Sequence record: MK250021.1
Length of the DNA stretch: 64,000 bases
Reading direction: 5' to 3' (one strand)
Shown here: positions 9,464 to 20,764 of the stretch, piece after piece
How the letters are laid out: each line of letters opens with the position of its first letter
Position numbering within the stretch: position 1 is the stretch's first letter
Position numbers and translations under genes: made by a program
Notes under the pieces: generated by a model
Seen by the model: only the letters and a program-made list of their open reading frames with translations
The model's database searches: none
What the model was told of the DNA's origin: nothing

Positions 9464-11599
9464 TTATTCATATGTTTTAATTTCTATTCCTAATTTATTG
9501 GCTTTTTTCATTTTACTAGATGTCGAACATAAATCATCAGTAAATAAAATTTTACATTCATTCCATATAGTAGTTTCTTCATATTCTGGATGTTCTTTTA
9601 GAAACTCTTTTTTTGTATTAAATCCAAAAGATTTTGGAGAACCAGTCATAATAATTTTAATTTTTTCAGAATTTTCATTACTAGAATTACTATTTACTTT
9701 TGTTGTAATATCTATATTAAGTAAATTAACAACTTTCATAACTAAATTATATTCTTCACTATTTTTATCTAATGCCCAGTTATATGCAATAGAACTAAAT
9801 CCAAAAGTAGAATACTCTTCATTTCTAATAATTTTAGCACATAATGAAGATGCTCTATGTCCACATGATTTAAAGCAAAAACTTAATATAATATCTTCTA
9901 ATGTAATATGTTCTCTATATGTTTTTAAGTTATCTACAATATTTTTAATAGATTTACTTGTACCTAAATATTCTGTAATTAATTTTAATCTTTCATCTGA
10001 CATTAAATATACAATATTACGTAAATCATGAATTTCATTATGAAGATTACTATCCCATAACATATTTGCAACAGCAGGTCCAATAGTGTTAATATTTAAT
10101 GCAGTAGCAGAAGCTAAAAAATTATTTTTATTAAACTCATCATGAGATTTAAAAACTTTCATAAGATGCATAGTTCCAGATGATTCAGTTACAACTTCTG
10201 TATCCTCAGGAATATTAATATTGTTTATTCCACCAGGCTTAATAATTTCATAAACAAATGGTATAATATCGCCAGCTAATGAAATTCTTACTTCTGAACC
10301 AATACCACATTGTTTCTTGATAATATAATTATAATTATGTAATGATGCTTTCTTTAATTCTTTACCATCCAAGTATATAGGTTCAATAATAGCTTTAGGA
10401 AAATATTCTCCTGTTTTTTTTACATTCCATTCAATATCTATAATTTTTGTAGTGTTAATCATAGGAATGAATTTCATGGCAACACAATCAAGAGGTCTTT
10501 CTCTATCTTCATTATATAATCTTGATGATGCAGAAGGTTTGAATACAATACCATCTAACGCATATTTAGAATTTTCATTTCTGAATTTTTCATATTCATC
10601 ATAGATATGTTTTAAATCATCTCCTGATATATATCCATTATATGTATGACATTGACAGAAATGTAATTCAGGTAATTCGCCTATATATCCTAAATATGGT
10701 TGTAACATTTCATATGTAGGATCCGTAGGATTCATCCATGATAATTCTGTATATTTTTGTGTATCTTTATTATATATACGATAATCATAACATACGAAAT
10801 GTAAATCATTATCTATCAATAAATTTGGATCAATATCAGTTACTTTCCGACCAAGAAGACCTGCAACATATGATCTAGGATTTGTAAATTTATCAGCAAA
10901 ATTTTCATTAAACACTGATATTGGTACCAATACTTCACCACGAATACATAAAATATCACCTGGTGTTAATATATTGTGACAACATTCATTTATTAATGTC
11001 CATGTATTAAGTTTAGGTAAAAACCAATGTTTAATATCTGTTCCATAATTACCGTCACCTCTTGTGGCACATGAAATTAATTCAACATTATTATTTTTAT
11101 CTAGTGTAAATTCTGTACTAAATGAACATCCATCTAATTTAGGTGTTGTCTCATAGGAAGTCGTATTATGTGATTTATTGATATACTTATTTAACTCGTC
11201 TGCAAAATATTGCCAATTTACATTATTTGTTTCTTTATTTTCCTTAATTTGTACTTTTGATAAAGAACCCATTATAAAACTATGTTTAATAGTATAATTC
11301 ACATGTTTAGATGTATTTTTACTGCCAATATAGTTTTTATTTTCTAATCCTACAAATGATTCTAGTTCATCAAACATAGAATCATTAAGTATTTCCCTTT
11401 GTGAATTATAATACGAATCCTTACATATACGAAGTAATTCCTTTATTTCATCAGTAGATAAATTATTTTTAATATCATCTATATTACTGTTAAATAAATT
11501 TGATTGTATACTTATATACATATCAGATGGATCCATACCTTTGAGTTCATATTGCTTTACTGCATATAACTCATTTTTTAATGTTGTATAATTTGTCAT
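9464..11599 (-). CDS. ligA: NAD+-dependent DNA ligase
   Basis: Y..Y......D..FD N-terminal Ia motif, PKLDG adenylation motif, TRGDG..G.D, RGEV, DGIVFK, OB fold (W.V.KTG...P...L.G...A.LHN), HhH and short BRCT-like tail; no internal TAG in 711 aa. Confidence 0.95.
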   Translation of the reverse strand: MTNYTTLKNELYAVKQYELKGMDPSDMYISIQSNLFNSNIDDIKNNLSTDEIKELLRICKDSYYNSQREILNDSMFDELESFVGLENKNYIGSKNTSKHVNYTIKHSFIMGSLSKVQIKENKETNNVNWQYFADELNKYINKSHNTTSYETTPKLDGCSFSTEFTLDKNNNVELISCATRGDGNYGTDIKHWFLPKLNTWTLINECCHNILTPGDILCIRGEVLVPISVFNENFADKFTNPRSYVAGLLGRKVTDIDPNLLIDNDLHFVCYDYRIYNKDTQKYTELSWMNPTDPTYEMLQPYLGYIGELPELHFCQCHTYNGYISGDDLKHIYDEYEKFRNENSKYALDGIVFKPSASSRLYNEDRERPLDCVAMKFIPMINTTKIIDIEWNVKKTGEYFPKAIIEPIYLDGKELKKASLHNYNYIIKKQCGIGSEVRISLAGDIIPFVYEIIKPGGINNINIPEDTEVVTESSGTMHLMKVFKSHDEFNKNNFLASATALNINTIGPAVANMLWDSNLHNEIHDLRNIVYLMSDERLKLITEYLGTSKSIKNIVDNLKTYREHITLEDIILSFCFKSCGHRASSLCAKIIRNEEYSTFGFSSIAYNWALDKNSEEYNLVMKVVNLLNIDITTKVNSNSSNENSEKIKIIMTGSPKSFGFNTKKEFLKEHPEYEETTIWNECKILFTDDLCSTSSKMKKANKLGIEIKTYE

Positions 11600-11682
11600 A
11601 TTCTATATATAGTTTATCTAATTATTTTATAAAATAATAAGAAAAAAGTCTCATTAAATTTTTTATTTAGGAAATTAATATG

Positions 11683-11690
11683 TATCTTTG
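11683..11690 (+). promoter_or_regulatory. Bacteroidota-type -7 promoter element TATCTTTG
   Basis: In context TGTATCTTTGTATTGTT...AACAATTAAAAATATAA upstream of ATG 11736. Confidence 0.7.
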
Positions 11691-11735
11691 TATTGTTAAT
11701 AAACAAATAAGTTGAACAATTAAAAATATAAGATT

Positions 11736-12125
11736 ATGTTATCATATACAGATTTACAATCAGATGAGTTTCTTTCAAAAGCAATTAAGAAGGCATATTT
11801 AGAGCAATTAGGTTCAGAAATTAAGGAAATGATTCAGACTATTGAATCACAACGTACAAAGATTCAACAGTTAGAAGGCAACCAGAAGGCACTTGAACAA
11901 GAAATAGAAGCTCGTGATGCACAACTTAATACTCCAGAACATAAGGTCGCACTTGCAATTAAGGAAATGATGCATGCAGAAGCTTTAGGTACTGTTGTAA
12001 CAGAAACACCTTCTATCGTACGTTCACAAGTTACAAAGCATCTTGCTATCGATATAGATACCTGTGGATATTATGAGGATGGAGCAAAGCGATATGATTC
12101 AGACGCAACTGTTGAATGGCGTTAA
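11736..12125 (+). CDS. hypothetical coiled-coil protein (early)
   Basis: 129-aa ORF, flanked by a promoter motif and a hairpin terminator (12142-12179). Confidence 0.75.
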   Translation: MLSYTDLQSDEFLSKAIKKAYLEQLGSEIKEMIQTIESQRTKIQQLEGNQKALEQEIEARDAQLNTPEHKVALAIKEMMHAEALGTVVTETPSIVRSQVTKHLAIDIDTCGYYEDGAKRYDSDATVEWR

Positions 12126-12211
12126 ATATCTAAATTATATTAAGAGATAGATAATAAACAAACTTTATCTATCTCTTTTACTATAATAATAAATGATATT
12201 GATCTATACAG

Positions 12212-12832
12212 ATGAAAGTTTATATAGATGTTTACTATTATACAGATAATAAAACTAGTAAAGAGTATGCTCATACAGTAGCGGGACTTTTTAAAGATTA
12301 TACTGATTTAGATTTTGAAAAAGTAATAGTAACAAGAACAGATAATATAGCAGAATATGAACCAGGTAATTTTTATAAGAGAGAATTACCACCTATTATT
12401 GATGTATTAAAAGAAATTAAAAAACAAGGATATAAACTTGATACAATAATAGTTGATGGATATGTTCATATGTGTGAAGACGATGGTANNNNNNNNNNNN
12501 NNNNNNNNNNNNCAAGACTAAAAGATTATTTATTGGATAATAATATAGATATACCTATTATTGGAATTGCAAAGCATCCTTATAAATGGATGTATAAAGA
12601 TACGTATTTTAAATATGATAACAATATAATAAAATATGAAACTTTTGATAAATCTTTGAAATTACCAAAGAAAAATATGTATATAACATTTTCTTTGGAA
12701 TATAAAGATGATGTTAAATTACAAATAGTAAAGGAAATTTATGCAATGAAGAAAGTTCAACGTGATGCTAAATTTAGTTTACTGTTTACAAAAATTGATC
12801 AAATAACAAAAGAGTATAAACATGATAGTTGA
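12212..12832 (+). CDS. endonuclease V family protein (contains an N gap)
   Basis: IDVYY, Y.PG.FYKRELP.I, IIVDGYV and PIIGIAK match EndoV catalytic motifs. Confidence 0.85.
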   Translation: MKVYIDVYYYTDNKTSKEYAHTVAGLFKDYTDLDFEKVIVTRTDNIAEYEPGNFYKRELPPIIDVLKEIKKQGYKLDTIIVDGYVHMCEDDGXXXXXXXXXRLKDYLLDNNIDIPIIGIAKHPYKWMYKDTYFKYDNNIIKYETFDKSLKLPKKNMYITFSLEYKDDVKLQIVKEIYAMKKVQRDAKFSLLFTKIDQITKEYKHDS

Positions 12833-13286
12833 TTTTAAAACATTTATATATGCCGGTTTCTTTGTATCAGATGATGATAAGTAGAAACTTGAAATTGCAT
12901 TTTGTGAGAATGTAGAAAATGGTGCTTCATATCTACAAGATTGGAAAGTGTATATTGATCACNNNNNNNNNNNNNNNNNNNNNNNNNNNNNNNNNNNNNN
13001 NNNNNNNNNNNNTATCATTAATTATTTGAAGGATACTCCGCCTGATACACATATGTATTTAACGGTAGATGGAATTGGTAGATATGAAAATGTATTTGCG
13101 TTTAGAATTAAGAAAACAGAAGTAGTATCTATGTTGATTAAGAATAAACAACCACATATTACATGTGTATTAAATCCTGATACAAATAAACCTGTTGATA
13201 GTAATAAGATTTGTAACTGGATTGATATTAATCCTATTAAGATAGATACAGTTTGTAAGATTTTTAACAAGAAGAAAAAGAAATAA
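12822..13286 (+). CDS. 2H-phosphoesterase / tRNA-ligase phosphodiesterase-like protein with one in-frame TAG (12882)
   Basis: ATG 12822 in frame with track ORF 12948; W....DH(xT in gap) ... PHIT ... KPVDSN.I.NW pattern. Confidence 0.6.
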
Positions 13287-13288
13287 TT

Positions 13289-14011
13289 ATGAATACTTAT
13301 GATTTTACAGATCCATTTGATTATGAAGAATATATGAAATTATTGAATAATTTCTTAGGTCCATCAGTTGAAGAGAAAAATAATATTATATGTAATTCTC
13401 ATTTTACACTACACCCAGTTAATTCTGATACTTATAATAAGTTTAAGGAATATCTTGAATATGAATATGATAAGAATACTTGTTTTTTTATGCATATTTG
13501 TATTGATGGAAAAATTATAAATGATTCTGTTTATTTTTGTAGATTCGATTCTTATGATTATTTATATTCAAAGATAAAGGATTATAATAAGAAGAAACAT
13601 TATTTTGAATTTTTCACTAAATGTGATATAGCGTCATATACAAAAGAAGAAGTTGATAAGTATAATGATGAATATGAGCGTTATCATTATAGAGGAAAAA
13701 AACGAAAGGTTGGTGAGAAATATTTAAAGAAAACAGATGTTATTGTTAATCTTAAATCAGGTAAAGAAGTATCGTTTATTGAAATACCTAAGTATAATAG
13801 AGGATATATTGTATATGAGAAATATTATTCACCAAATGGTGAATATAAAATTATTTCTTTAGAAACAGGTAGAATAATTGAATATGATTATGGTGATAAA
13901 ATTGAAACAGATAATCATGTAATATTTAAAGCGAAACGTAATGATTATAATGATCCTGTTAAAGCTATAGTTCTAGATAAAAGTACAGGTGATTTTATTT
14001 ATATTGATTAA
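13289..14011 (+). CDS. hypothetical protein
   Basis: 240-aa ORF. Confidence 0.7.
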   Translation: MNTYDFTDPFDYEEYMKLLNNFLGPSVEEKNNIICNSHFTLHPVNSDTYNKFKEYLEYEYDKNTCFFMHICIDGKIINDSVYFCRFDSYDYLYSKIKDYNKKKHYFEFFTKCDIASYTKEEVDKYNDEYERYHYRGKKRKVGEKYLKKTDVIVNLKSGKEVSFIEIPKYNRGYIVYEKYYSPNGEYKIISLETGRIIEYDYGDKIETDNHVIFKAKRNDYNDPVKAIVLDKSTGDFIYID

Positions 14012-14025
14012 ATTATAATAAAATT

Positions 14026-14514
14026 ATGTTAGTATTTCATGGTAGTTCACAACGAATAGATTATATTGATATAGATAAATGTCATTTAGGTTGGCATTGC
14101 GGAAATATTTGTCAAGCAATAGATATTACAGACCCTAAAAGACATAATGATAAATTTGATTGGGAAACTACATATATTTATGTATCTGATATATATCCAA
14201 CGCATGATAATACAATTTATATAGAAGATAAATTTAGATATTCTGATAATTTTTTAGATGATATTATTACAGAACTATCAAATAAGTTAATATCAGAATT
14301 TCCTAATATATCATTAAATGATTTATATACATGTGAGTCTGAAAGAGATGTTAGAGACTTCTTACTTTATAATAATATAAAATATATTGCATATGAAAAT
14401 TTAATAGAAAGTAGAGGATTNNNNNNNNNNNNNNNNNNNNNNGGTGAAATAGATAATATACAAGAATATACATTTTATGATTTTTTAACAATAAATTTAA
14501 ATGCTAAAATTTAA
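14026..14514 (+). CDS. hypothetical protein, possible ADP-ribosyltransferase-like fold
   Basis: N-terminal VFHGS...G.H.G...QA and C-terminal Y.N..E pattern; contains an N gap. Confidence 0.4.
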   Translation: MLVFHGSSQRIDYIDIDKCHLGWHCGNICQAIDITDPKRHNDKFDWETTYIYVSDIYPTHDNTIYIEDKFRYSDNFLDDIITELSNKLISEFPNISLNDLYTCESERDVRDFLLYNNIKYIAYENLIESRGXXXXXXXXGEIDNIQEYTFYDFLTINLNAKI

Positions 14515-14731
14515 GAAACAACATAAACATTTCTTTATAACTAAATATAAATCTATGTTTTGTATAGAAGATATTATAAAAATAGCTCGTTATGATGATA
14601 ATTGTACAGGAGGAAAAATATATAAAGCAAGATTAAATGGAATAAATGAAGATTATGATTTTAATATTGATCCAGATGATCAAGAACGATTAGTAAAATA
14701 TATTAAGCAGTTAGGATATGATAAAATTTAA
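14501..14731 (+). CDS. hypothetical protein
   Basis: 76-aa ORF. Confidence 0.6.
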   Translation: MLKFKKQHKHFFITKYKSMFCIEDIIKIARYDDNCTGGKIYKARLNGINEDYDFNIDPDDQERLVKYIKQLGYDKI

Positions 14732-15380
14732 TTTTGATAATAAAGGAGTTTCTATTAGTTCTAAAGATATGAAGGAATTTCAGGAGAATGTAATGACAGT
14801 AGAAGATATTGTTAATAGACTTTTGAAGTTTTATTCAAAGGATAAGACATATATGGGTGAACAGAAACAAATGCTTNNNNNNNNNNNNNNNNNNNNNNNN
14901 NNNNNNNNNNNNNNNNNNNNNNNNNNNNNNNNNNNNNNNNNNNNNNNNNNNNNNNNNNNAGCAGATAATAAATTGCATAAACTTATTATGTGGCGTGATG
15001 ATAACGGTCTTCATAATTTTGCAATGTGGATTAAGAATGAAGATATGCTTGGAGGTAAGCTTGTGAAGATTTATCCAGAAGATGATGATATTTTTACAAA
15101 GAATCAAATGGAAGGTGCAATGTATCTTGCAGAAATTAATAAGATACCATATTTTGAAGGATGTGATGAACATGCGGATAATTATGTATATCAAACAAAG
15201 TTGAAGGAACTTGATGATGAAATTGAAAATATCAAGAATCAACGAACATCTTGTAAGAACGAAATGAAATCTATTCAAGATAGATATGCTGAACTTCTTA
15301 CATATTATGCAAAGATGAAAGTAAAGCAAGTTAAATTGCAAATTGAAAGAGAAACATTAGTTAATAAACATAAGAAGTAA
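14718..15380 (+). CDS. hypothetical protein with C-terminal coiled coil (contains an N gap)
   Basis: Frame is continuous across the gap. Confidence 0.6.
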   Translation: MIKFNFDNKGVSISSKDMKEFQENVMTVEDIVNRLLKFYSKDKTYMGEQKQMLXXXXXXXXXXXXXXXXXXXXXXXXXXXXADNKLHKLIMWRDDNGLHNFAMWIKNEDMLGGKLVKIYPEDDDIFTKNQMEGAMYLAEINKIPYFEGCDEHADNYVYQTKLKELDDEIENIKNQRTSCKNEMKSIQDRYAELLTYYAKMKVKQVKLQIERETLVNKHKK

Positions 15381-15385
15381 TAGAA

Positions 15386-16080
15386 NNNNNNNNNNNNNNN
15401 NNNNNNNNNNNNNNNNNNNNNNNNNNNNNNNNNNNNNNNNNNNNNNNNNNNNNNNNNNNNNNNNNNNNNNNNNNNNNNNNNNNNNNNNNNNNNNNNNNNN
15501 NNNNNNNNNNNNNNNNNNNNNNNNNNNNNNNNNNNNNNNNNNNNNNNNNNNNNNNNNNNNNNNNNNNNNNNNNNNNNNNNNNNNNNNNNNNNNNNNNNNN
15601 NNNNNNNNNNNNNNNNNNNNNNNNNNNNNNNNNNNNNNNNNNNNNNNNNNNNNNNNNNNNNNNNNNNNNNNNNNNNNNNNNNNNNNNNNNNNNNNNNNNN
15701 NNNNNNNNNNNNNNNNNNNNNNNNNNNNNNNNNNNNNNNNNNNNNNNNNNNNNNNNNNNNNNNNNNNNNNNNNNNNNNNNNNNNNNNNNNNNNNNNNNNN
15801 NNNNNNNNNNNNNNNNNNNNNNNNNNNNNNNNNNNNNNNNNNNNNNNNNNNNNNNNNNNNNNNNNNNNNNNNNNNNNNNNNNNNNNNNNNNNNNNNNNNN
15901 NNNNNNNNNNNNNNNNNNNNNNNNNNNNNNNNNNNNNNNNNNNNNNNNNNNNNNNNNNNNNNNNNNNNNNNNNNNNNNNNNNNNNNNNNNNNNNNNNNNN
16001 NNNNNNNNNNNNNNNNNNNNNNNNNNNNNNNNNNNNNNNNNNNNNNNNNNNNNNNNNNNNNNNNNNNNNNNNNNNNNNNN
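15386..16080. other. assembly gap (N run)
   Basis: About 695 N bases. Confidence 0.99.
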
Positions 16081-16081
16081 C

Positions 16082-16312
16082 GAAAGAGAACAAGCGTCTT
16101 ATTCTTCTATTATTAATAATAGTCTTAATCAGACAATGAAGAAGATGACAATTATAACCATATGTTTAATGGTCGCAGCACTTATTCCAGGATTTTATGG
16201 AATGAATTTAAATAATGGAATAGAAACATGGACATATGGATTTCCTTTTGCTGTTTGTTTAACAGGAATATGTGCAGGAATATCTTATTTTTTATGTAAA
16301 CTATTTAAGTAA
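16082..16312 (+). CDS. corA: CorA-family Mg2+/Co2+ transporter, visible C-terminal part (5' part hidden in the gap)
   Basis: EREQASYSSIINNSLNQTMKKMTIITICLMVAALIPGFYGMNLNN...FAVCLTGICAGISYFLCKLFK*: N..N..MK..T, TM1, GMN signature, TM2. Confidence 0.85.
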   Translation, partial: EREQASYSSIINNSLNQTMKKMTIITICLMVAALIPGFYGMNLNNGIETWTYGFPFAVCLTGICAGISYFLCKLFK

Positions 16313-16326
16313 ATATATATATAAAT

Positions 16327-16527
16327 ATGAGTATATGTTTTAGAAATATAGATAAATGTAAATATTCAAAAGAAGAAATAAAACTTCGTATTATTGAAAA
16401 TCTTATAGAAAATAGGTTTAAAAATTACAGTAATAAAGAGTTGAAAGATTCTATGTATGGTACTAATAACGTTTTCCCAAGATTTAATGAAATTTATAAT
16501 TGGATTTGTGAACATGTATTTGAATAA
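16327..16527 (+). CDS. hypothetical protein
   Basis: 66-aa ORF. Confidence 0.55.
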   Translation: MSICFRNIDKCKYSKEEIKLRIIENLIENRFKNYSNKELKDSMYGTNNVFPRFNEIYNWICEHVFE

Positions 16528-16531
16528 TGAT

Positions 16532-16732
16532 ATGATACGATTTAAAAATAAAGATAATAATATAAAACATGAATTAACAAATGAAGAGATAAATCTTAAA
16601 ATTCATGAATTAGTATTAAAAACTATTACTGCAAAAAGAACTTATCTTTCTGATATATGTACAGATATGTCAAAAGAAGATGGATATTATAAAAAAATGG
16701 TATCTATTATAAAAGAACATATACATGATTAA
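16532..16732 (+). CDS. hypothetical protein
   Basis: ATG at 16532 (MIRFKNKDNN...). Confidence 0.5.
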   Translation: MIRFKNKDNNIKHELTNEEINLKIHELVLKTITAKRTYLSDICTDMSKEDGYYKKMVSIIKEHIHD

Positions 16733-17013
16733 GTTATTATATAAATTAAAAATAAACAAAATATTAAAATAAAAGATAATATTTAAATAATAAAATTAAA
16801 TAAATAAAAGTATGTTGATTGGTTCATGTGTATTATCTNNNNNNNNNNNNNNNNNNNNNNNNNNNNNNNNNNNNNNNNNNNNNNNNNNNNNNNNNNNNNN
16901 NNNNNNNNNNNNNNNNNNNNNNNNNNNNNNNNNNNNNNNTATCGTCTATATTATTATTGGACAAAAGAGTGTAAAAGTTAATTATTGATTCACATTTAAA
17001 TAATAATAGAAAA

Positions 17014-17499
17014 ATGGAAAATAATAAACAAGAGGTTAATGAGATTATTGAGAAGTATGATATTCTTATCAAAAATGCAATGAAGGCGCGTGAGAAAGAA
17101 AAACTTAATACTTATAAGTTGGTTAAGGCTCGTCTTCTTGAGTATAAAACAGGTGATAAGGATAAAAATGATAATTATCCAGTATTGGATGAAAAATCTG
17201 AAATGCAGATTCTTAATAAGATGGTAAAGGAACTTCAAGGTGATATTGAGATTCGACAGAAAACAAATAGTCATTTGGATGAAGTTGAGGAATTTACGCA
17301 TCAGATGAACTATATTAAGGATNNNNNNNNNNNNNNNNNNNNNNNNNNNNNNNNNNNTTCAGTAATTGATAAGTATATTTCTGATAATGGAAATTATTCT
17401 CAAAAAGAAATGGGTAAGGTTATCGGTTTTGTTCGTTCATCATTTAAAGCAGTTGATGGTGGAATGGTTGCAAAACTTGTTAAAGCAAAGATGTTTTAA
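17014..17499 (+). CDS. GatB/YqeY domain protein
   Basis: K.AMKA.EK..L..Y..VK..L...K....IL.KMVK......E...K.MGKV......DGG.V..LVK. Confidence 0.88.
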   Translation: MENNKQEVNEIIEKYDILIKNAMKAREKEKLNTYKLVKARLLEYKTGDKDKNDNYPVLDEKSEMQILNKMVKELQGDIEIRQKTNSHLDEVEEFTHQMNYIKDXXXXXXXXXXXXSVIDKYISDNGNYSQKEMGKVIGFVRSSFKAVDGGMVAKLVKAKMF

Positions 17500-17605
17500 A
17501 TAATAACTAAATAAATTATAAAGTGGGTATATTCATGTATATGAAATATATCCGCTTTTTCTATATTTAATAAAATAAATATTAAAAATATGTATATAAT
17601 AAAGA

Positions 17606-18343
17606 ATGACTAGATCTGAATTTATTGAATGGTTAAAATCAGAAATAACAATGAGTAATACTATAAATATTTCTTTATCGGACCGTGAATATGAAAGACT
17701 TGTAGATAGAGAACTAAGAATGGTTTATGAATTGGATAATGATAGCGTGCGTTATGATAAATATATAATCCCACGAGATGTATTTTATTCTCAAGAATTT
17801 AGGAAAACTAGAACTATAAAATTTCCTGATTGCGTTTTATCTGTAGTTAAATTGGAAGAGATGAAAAGGAGAAATTATATGTATGGTGTGAACGACCCAG
17901 ATCTATCATGGAACCGTATGTTTTAGACAGATATGTGGATGGGTCCGTAGATGGCGATGGACACTGTGATGTTTAGGACTATATAGTGGTCTAATTGGGA
18001 TTAGTTAAAATAGTTTAATTTAGTTGATATAAAGCATAAGTGGAATAGACTTACACATTAGTTATTTGTGATGGGACATGATCCATATAATGATGTTTAT
18101 TGTGAAGTAGCTGTAAAGGTAGATGAACAGGAATTATTTGAAGATCCTTGGGTAAGACAATGGATTGCAGCTAAATGTAAGTTATAGGTTGTGAAAAAAT
18201 TAGGAACATTTACAGTGACTGCAATTGGAGGTGTAACTGTAAATACAGGAACATATTCAGAAGAAGCAAATAATGATATAAATGATTGTAAAGAATATTG
18301 GACTAATTTACGTCAAGCAGATTTTTTCGAAACAGGTTGGTAA
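17606..18343 (+). CDS. neck/head-completion protein, T4 gp13-like (245 aa, 7 in-frame TAG=Gln)
   Basis: Frame stays open to TAA 18341 when TAG is read through; C-terminal DPWVRQWIAAKCKL(Q)VVKKLG...IGGVTVN resembles the gp13 W.....A..K.....L......GGV..N motif. Confidence 0.7.
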
Positions 18344-18379
18344 TTAAAGAATTGGTTATTAATAAGTTAAGATATGTTA

Positions 18380-18429
18380 ATAGAGAATGTAATATTTTGT
18401 AATTTATGAATATTGCATTCTCTATTTTT
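18380..18429 (+). terminator. intrinsic terminator
   Basis: ATAGAGAATGTAATATT/AATATTGCATTCTCTAT stem followed by a T-run. Confidence 0.7.
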
Positions 18430-18470
18430 ATAAAATAAATAATGTAAAATTAAGAATAATTTTAGTTAAT

Positions 18471-19895
18471 ATGGGATATAAAAGATACGGATCAAGTATA
18501 TCTATACCACAATTTGAAGAAGAAGAAGGAGAAGCAGTAAGTAGTGAATTAAGTTAGCGTTCACCTAGTAAAACTATATATTTTGGTATTAAAAAACCAA
18601 AAACTGATTCTGATTCAAATAGGTCTTGGCGAGAATTAACTAGTGCAGATTTTAATATATAGATTACAAGTGATACTACTGGATGTAGTGCAACAATAAA
18701 AAAAAATACAACTGATACTACAAATAAAACAGGTATTATTACTTATACATTATCTAAAAACTCTACGGGAAGTTAGAGACTTATAACATTTAAATATAAA
18801 GATACCGAATTATTTAAAATATTGTAGGATCCTGCGGAAGAAGATAATAATATATATGTATATTTAAGATATTGGGTATTTTTTAAAACACCTTATTCCA
18901 ATATTATAACATCAACAAATAATGATACAACTTTATATAGATTTTCATTAGGTATTGATTCAGAAGATCCTGATGCATATATAAGTTATGAAACATGGAA
19001 AGATACAGGTAATATAATATATCATGTAACTAATAATAAAGATTTAACAAGTATATTTAATGCAACGACTTCAATAAAAAAATTAGTAGATAATGGGACA
19101 TTAACATACATAGGAGGGAAAAATTTTGATAATAATACTATATCAAGTATTATAAAATTTCCAATAAAAATGTATAAAAATGAAAATACACTTGTTCCTG
19201 TTAATGATAATAGTACTGTATATATATACTATGGTGGTTTTGAAGCGACAGTTAACGCAAATGATTATGTATATAGTAATGATAGTTTACATAGTATTAT
19301 AAATTGGGGAAATGTTATAGATGGTGATGTAACATCTATTGGAAAGTATAAATATAATTCTGAAACTACTACAACATATACCGTTACATGGAATCTTAAT
19401 AGTGGAACTATAAATGGAAATACTAGTAATCCTAAATAGGTAGGAATTACATCAGGTTCAACAGTATCTTTTGTAAATTATATACCACAACGTACTGGTT
19501 ATACTTTTGAAGGATGGGCAGAAACAAGCACAGCAACTTCTGGTAAAAAAACTGGTAATTCCGAACCTATAACATCAAATAAAACATTTTATGCTATATG
19601 GAAAGTAACTACAAAAAATGTAATATTTAGTATTGGTTCTTCAACAAATTATATTACAATTACTTGGTCTGAACCAGGTTTACCCGATACATCTTTTACA
19701 ATACAAGTAAAAGATGTTACAATTAGTAGTACATATGTAGTAACTATACCAGGAAATATACAAAATAACAGTTATAAAACAAACATAGCATCTATTTCAG
19801 GTCATTCATATGGGTTAGTTAGTTGTTCACCTACAACATATAATAATGTTAATTATAGTGTATTTACTGGTTTAACATTAATAAATGGGTAGTAA
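18471..19895 (+). CDS. adhesin/tail-associated protein (474 aa, TAG=Gln) with BACON-like N-terminal region and a Listeria-Bacteroides (InlB B) repeat
   Basis: Open to TAA 19893 with TAG readthrough; YTVTWNLNSG...P.RTGYTFEGW...T..KTFYAIW matches the Flg_new/InlB-B repeat pattern. Confidence 0.7.
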
Positions 19896-20012
19896 ATATT
19901 TTAATTCGTTATTCAAATCTAATTTTGCGTAACGAATTTTTTATTTATGTATATTAATACATAGGATTTTATATGTCTGTATAGATATTGAAATAATAAA
20001 TTTCATCATTTT

Positions 20013-20705
20013 ATGTCAACATATAAAAAATATACATCATCCATAAATGCAAATATTTCTTCATCTGCTCATACAAATGAAGAATTTAAATGGTATGTAG
20101 GTTCTTCAACATAGTCTACTGTTTATTTCGGCATGGAAGATAATGATAATAACTTTACAGGTAAATTATCAAATTCATCATATACATTATCATCAGATGT
20201 ATCCGGATGTTCTGCAACAGTATCAAATATAGATTCAACAAAAACTGCAGGAATAATATATTTAAATATACCAGCAAATACAAGTACAACTAACAGAACA
20301 ATCGTATTTAAATATAATACAGTTTCATTATTTACAATAATATAGTCAGGTAGCACAACTTCTGTAATTACTATAACATTTAGTATTGGTGGTTTTTAGG
20401 GAAATAATAAAGTTATAATTCACTGGACTGGAACTAATTTTTCATCAGATGGAACTACTGTAAGTTGTGGAATTAATGATAGTACGCCGAATTCAGATGG
20501 TTCATATAATGCACAATTTACTATAACTATACCGTCAGGATATGGACAATCATATGCAACATGTGTTGGTGGATATGTATATAAAGGACATAAATATTTT
20601 TTAATTGAACCATGTACACCATCATCATATGGTAATTATAGATTTAAATGTAATACTACAGAAGTTACTTATACAGATCGTATGACGGGTACTATAACTA
20701 CGTAA
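20013..20705 (+). CDS. adhesin-like paralog 2 (230 aa, TAG=Gln)
   Basis: Shared N-domain VYFG...SD..GCSAT....T.KT..I......N.....R.I.FKY....LF.I.Q; open to TAA 20703. Confidence 0.7.
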
Positions 20706-20764
20706 AGTGAGATATTGTATTTTCTAATTGAGTGTAGATATAAAAATTATTTTTTAATATTTTT

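Noticed and set aside
15305-16093. 262-aa minus-strand ORF in the track
   Set aside because: Artefact of the N run; the real gene here is the plus-strand CorA.
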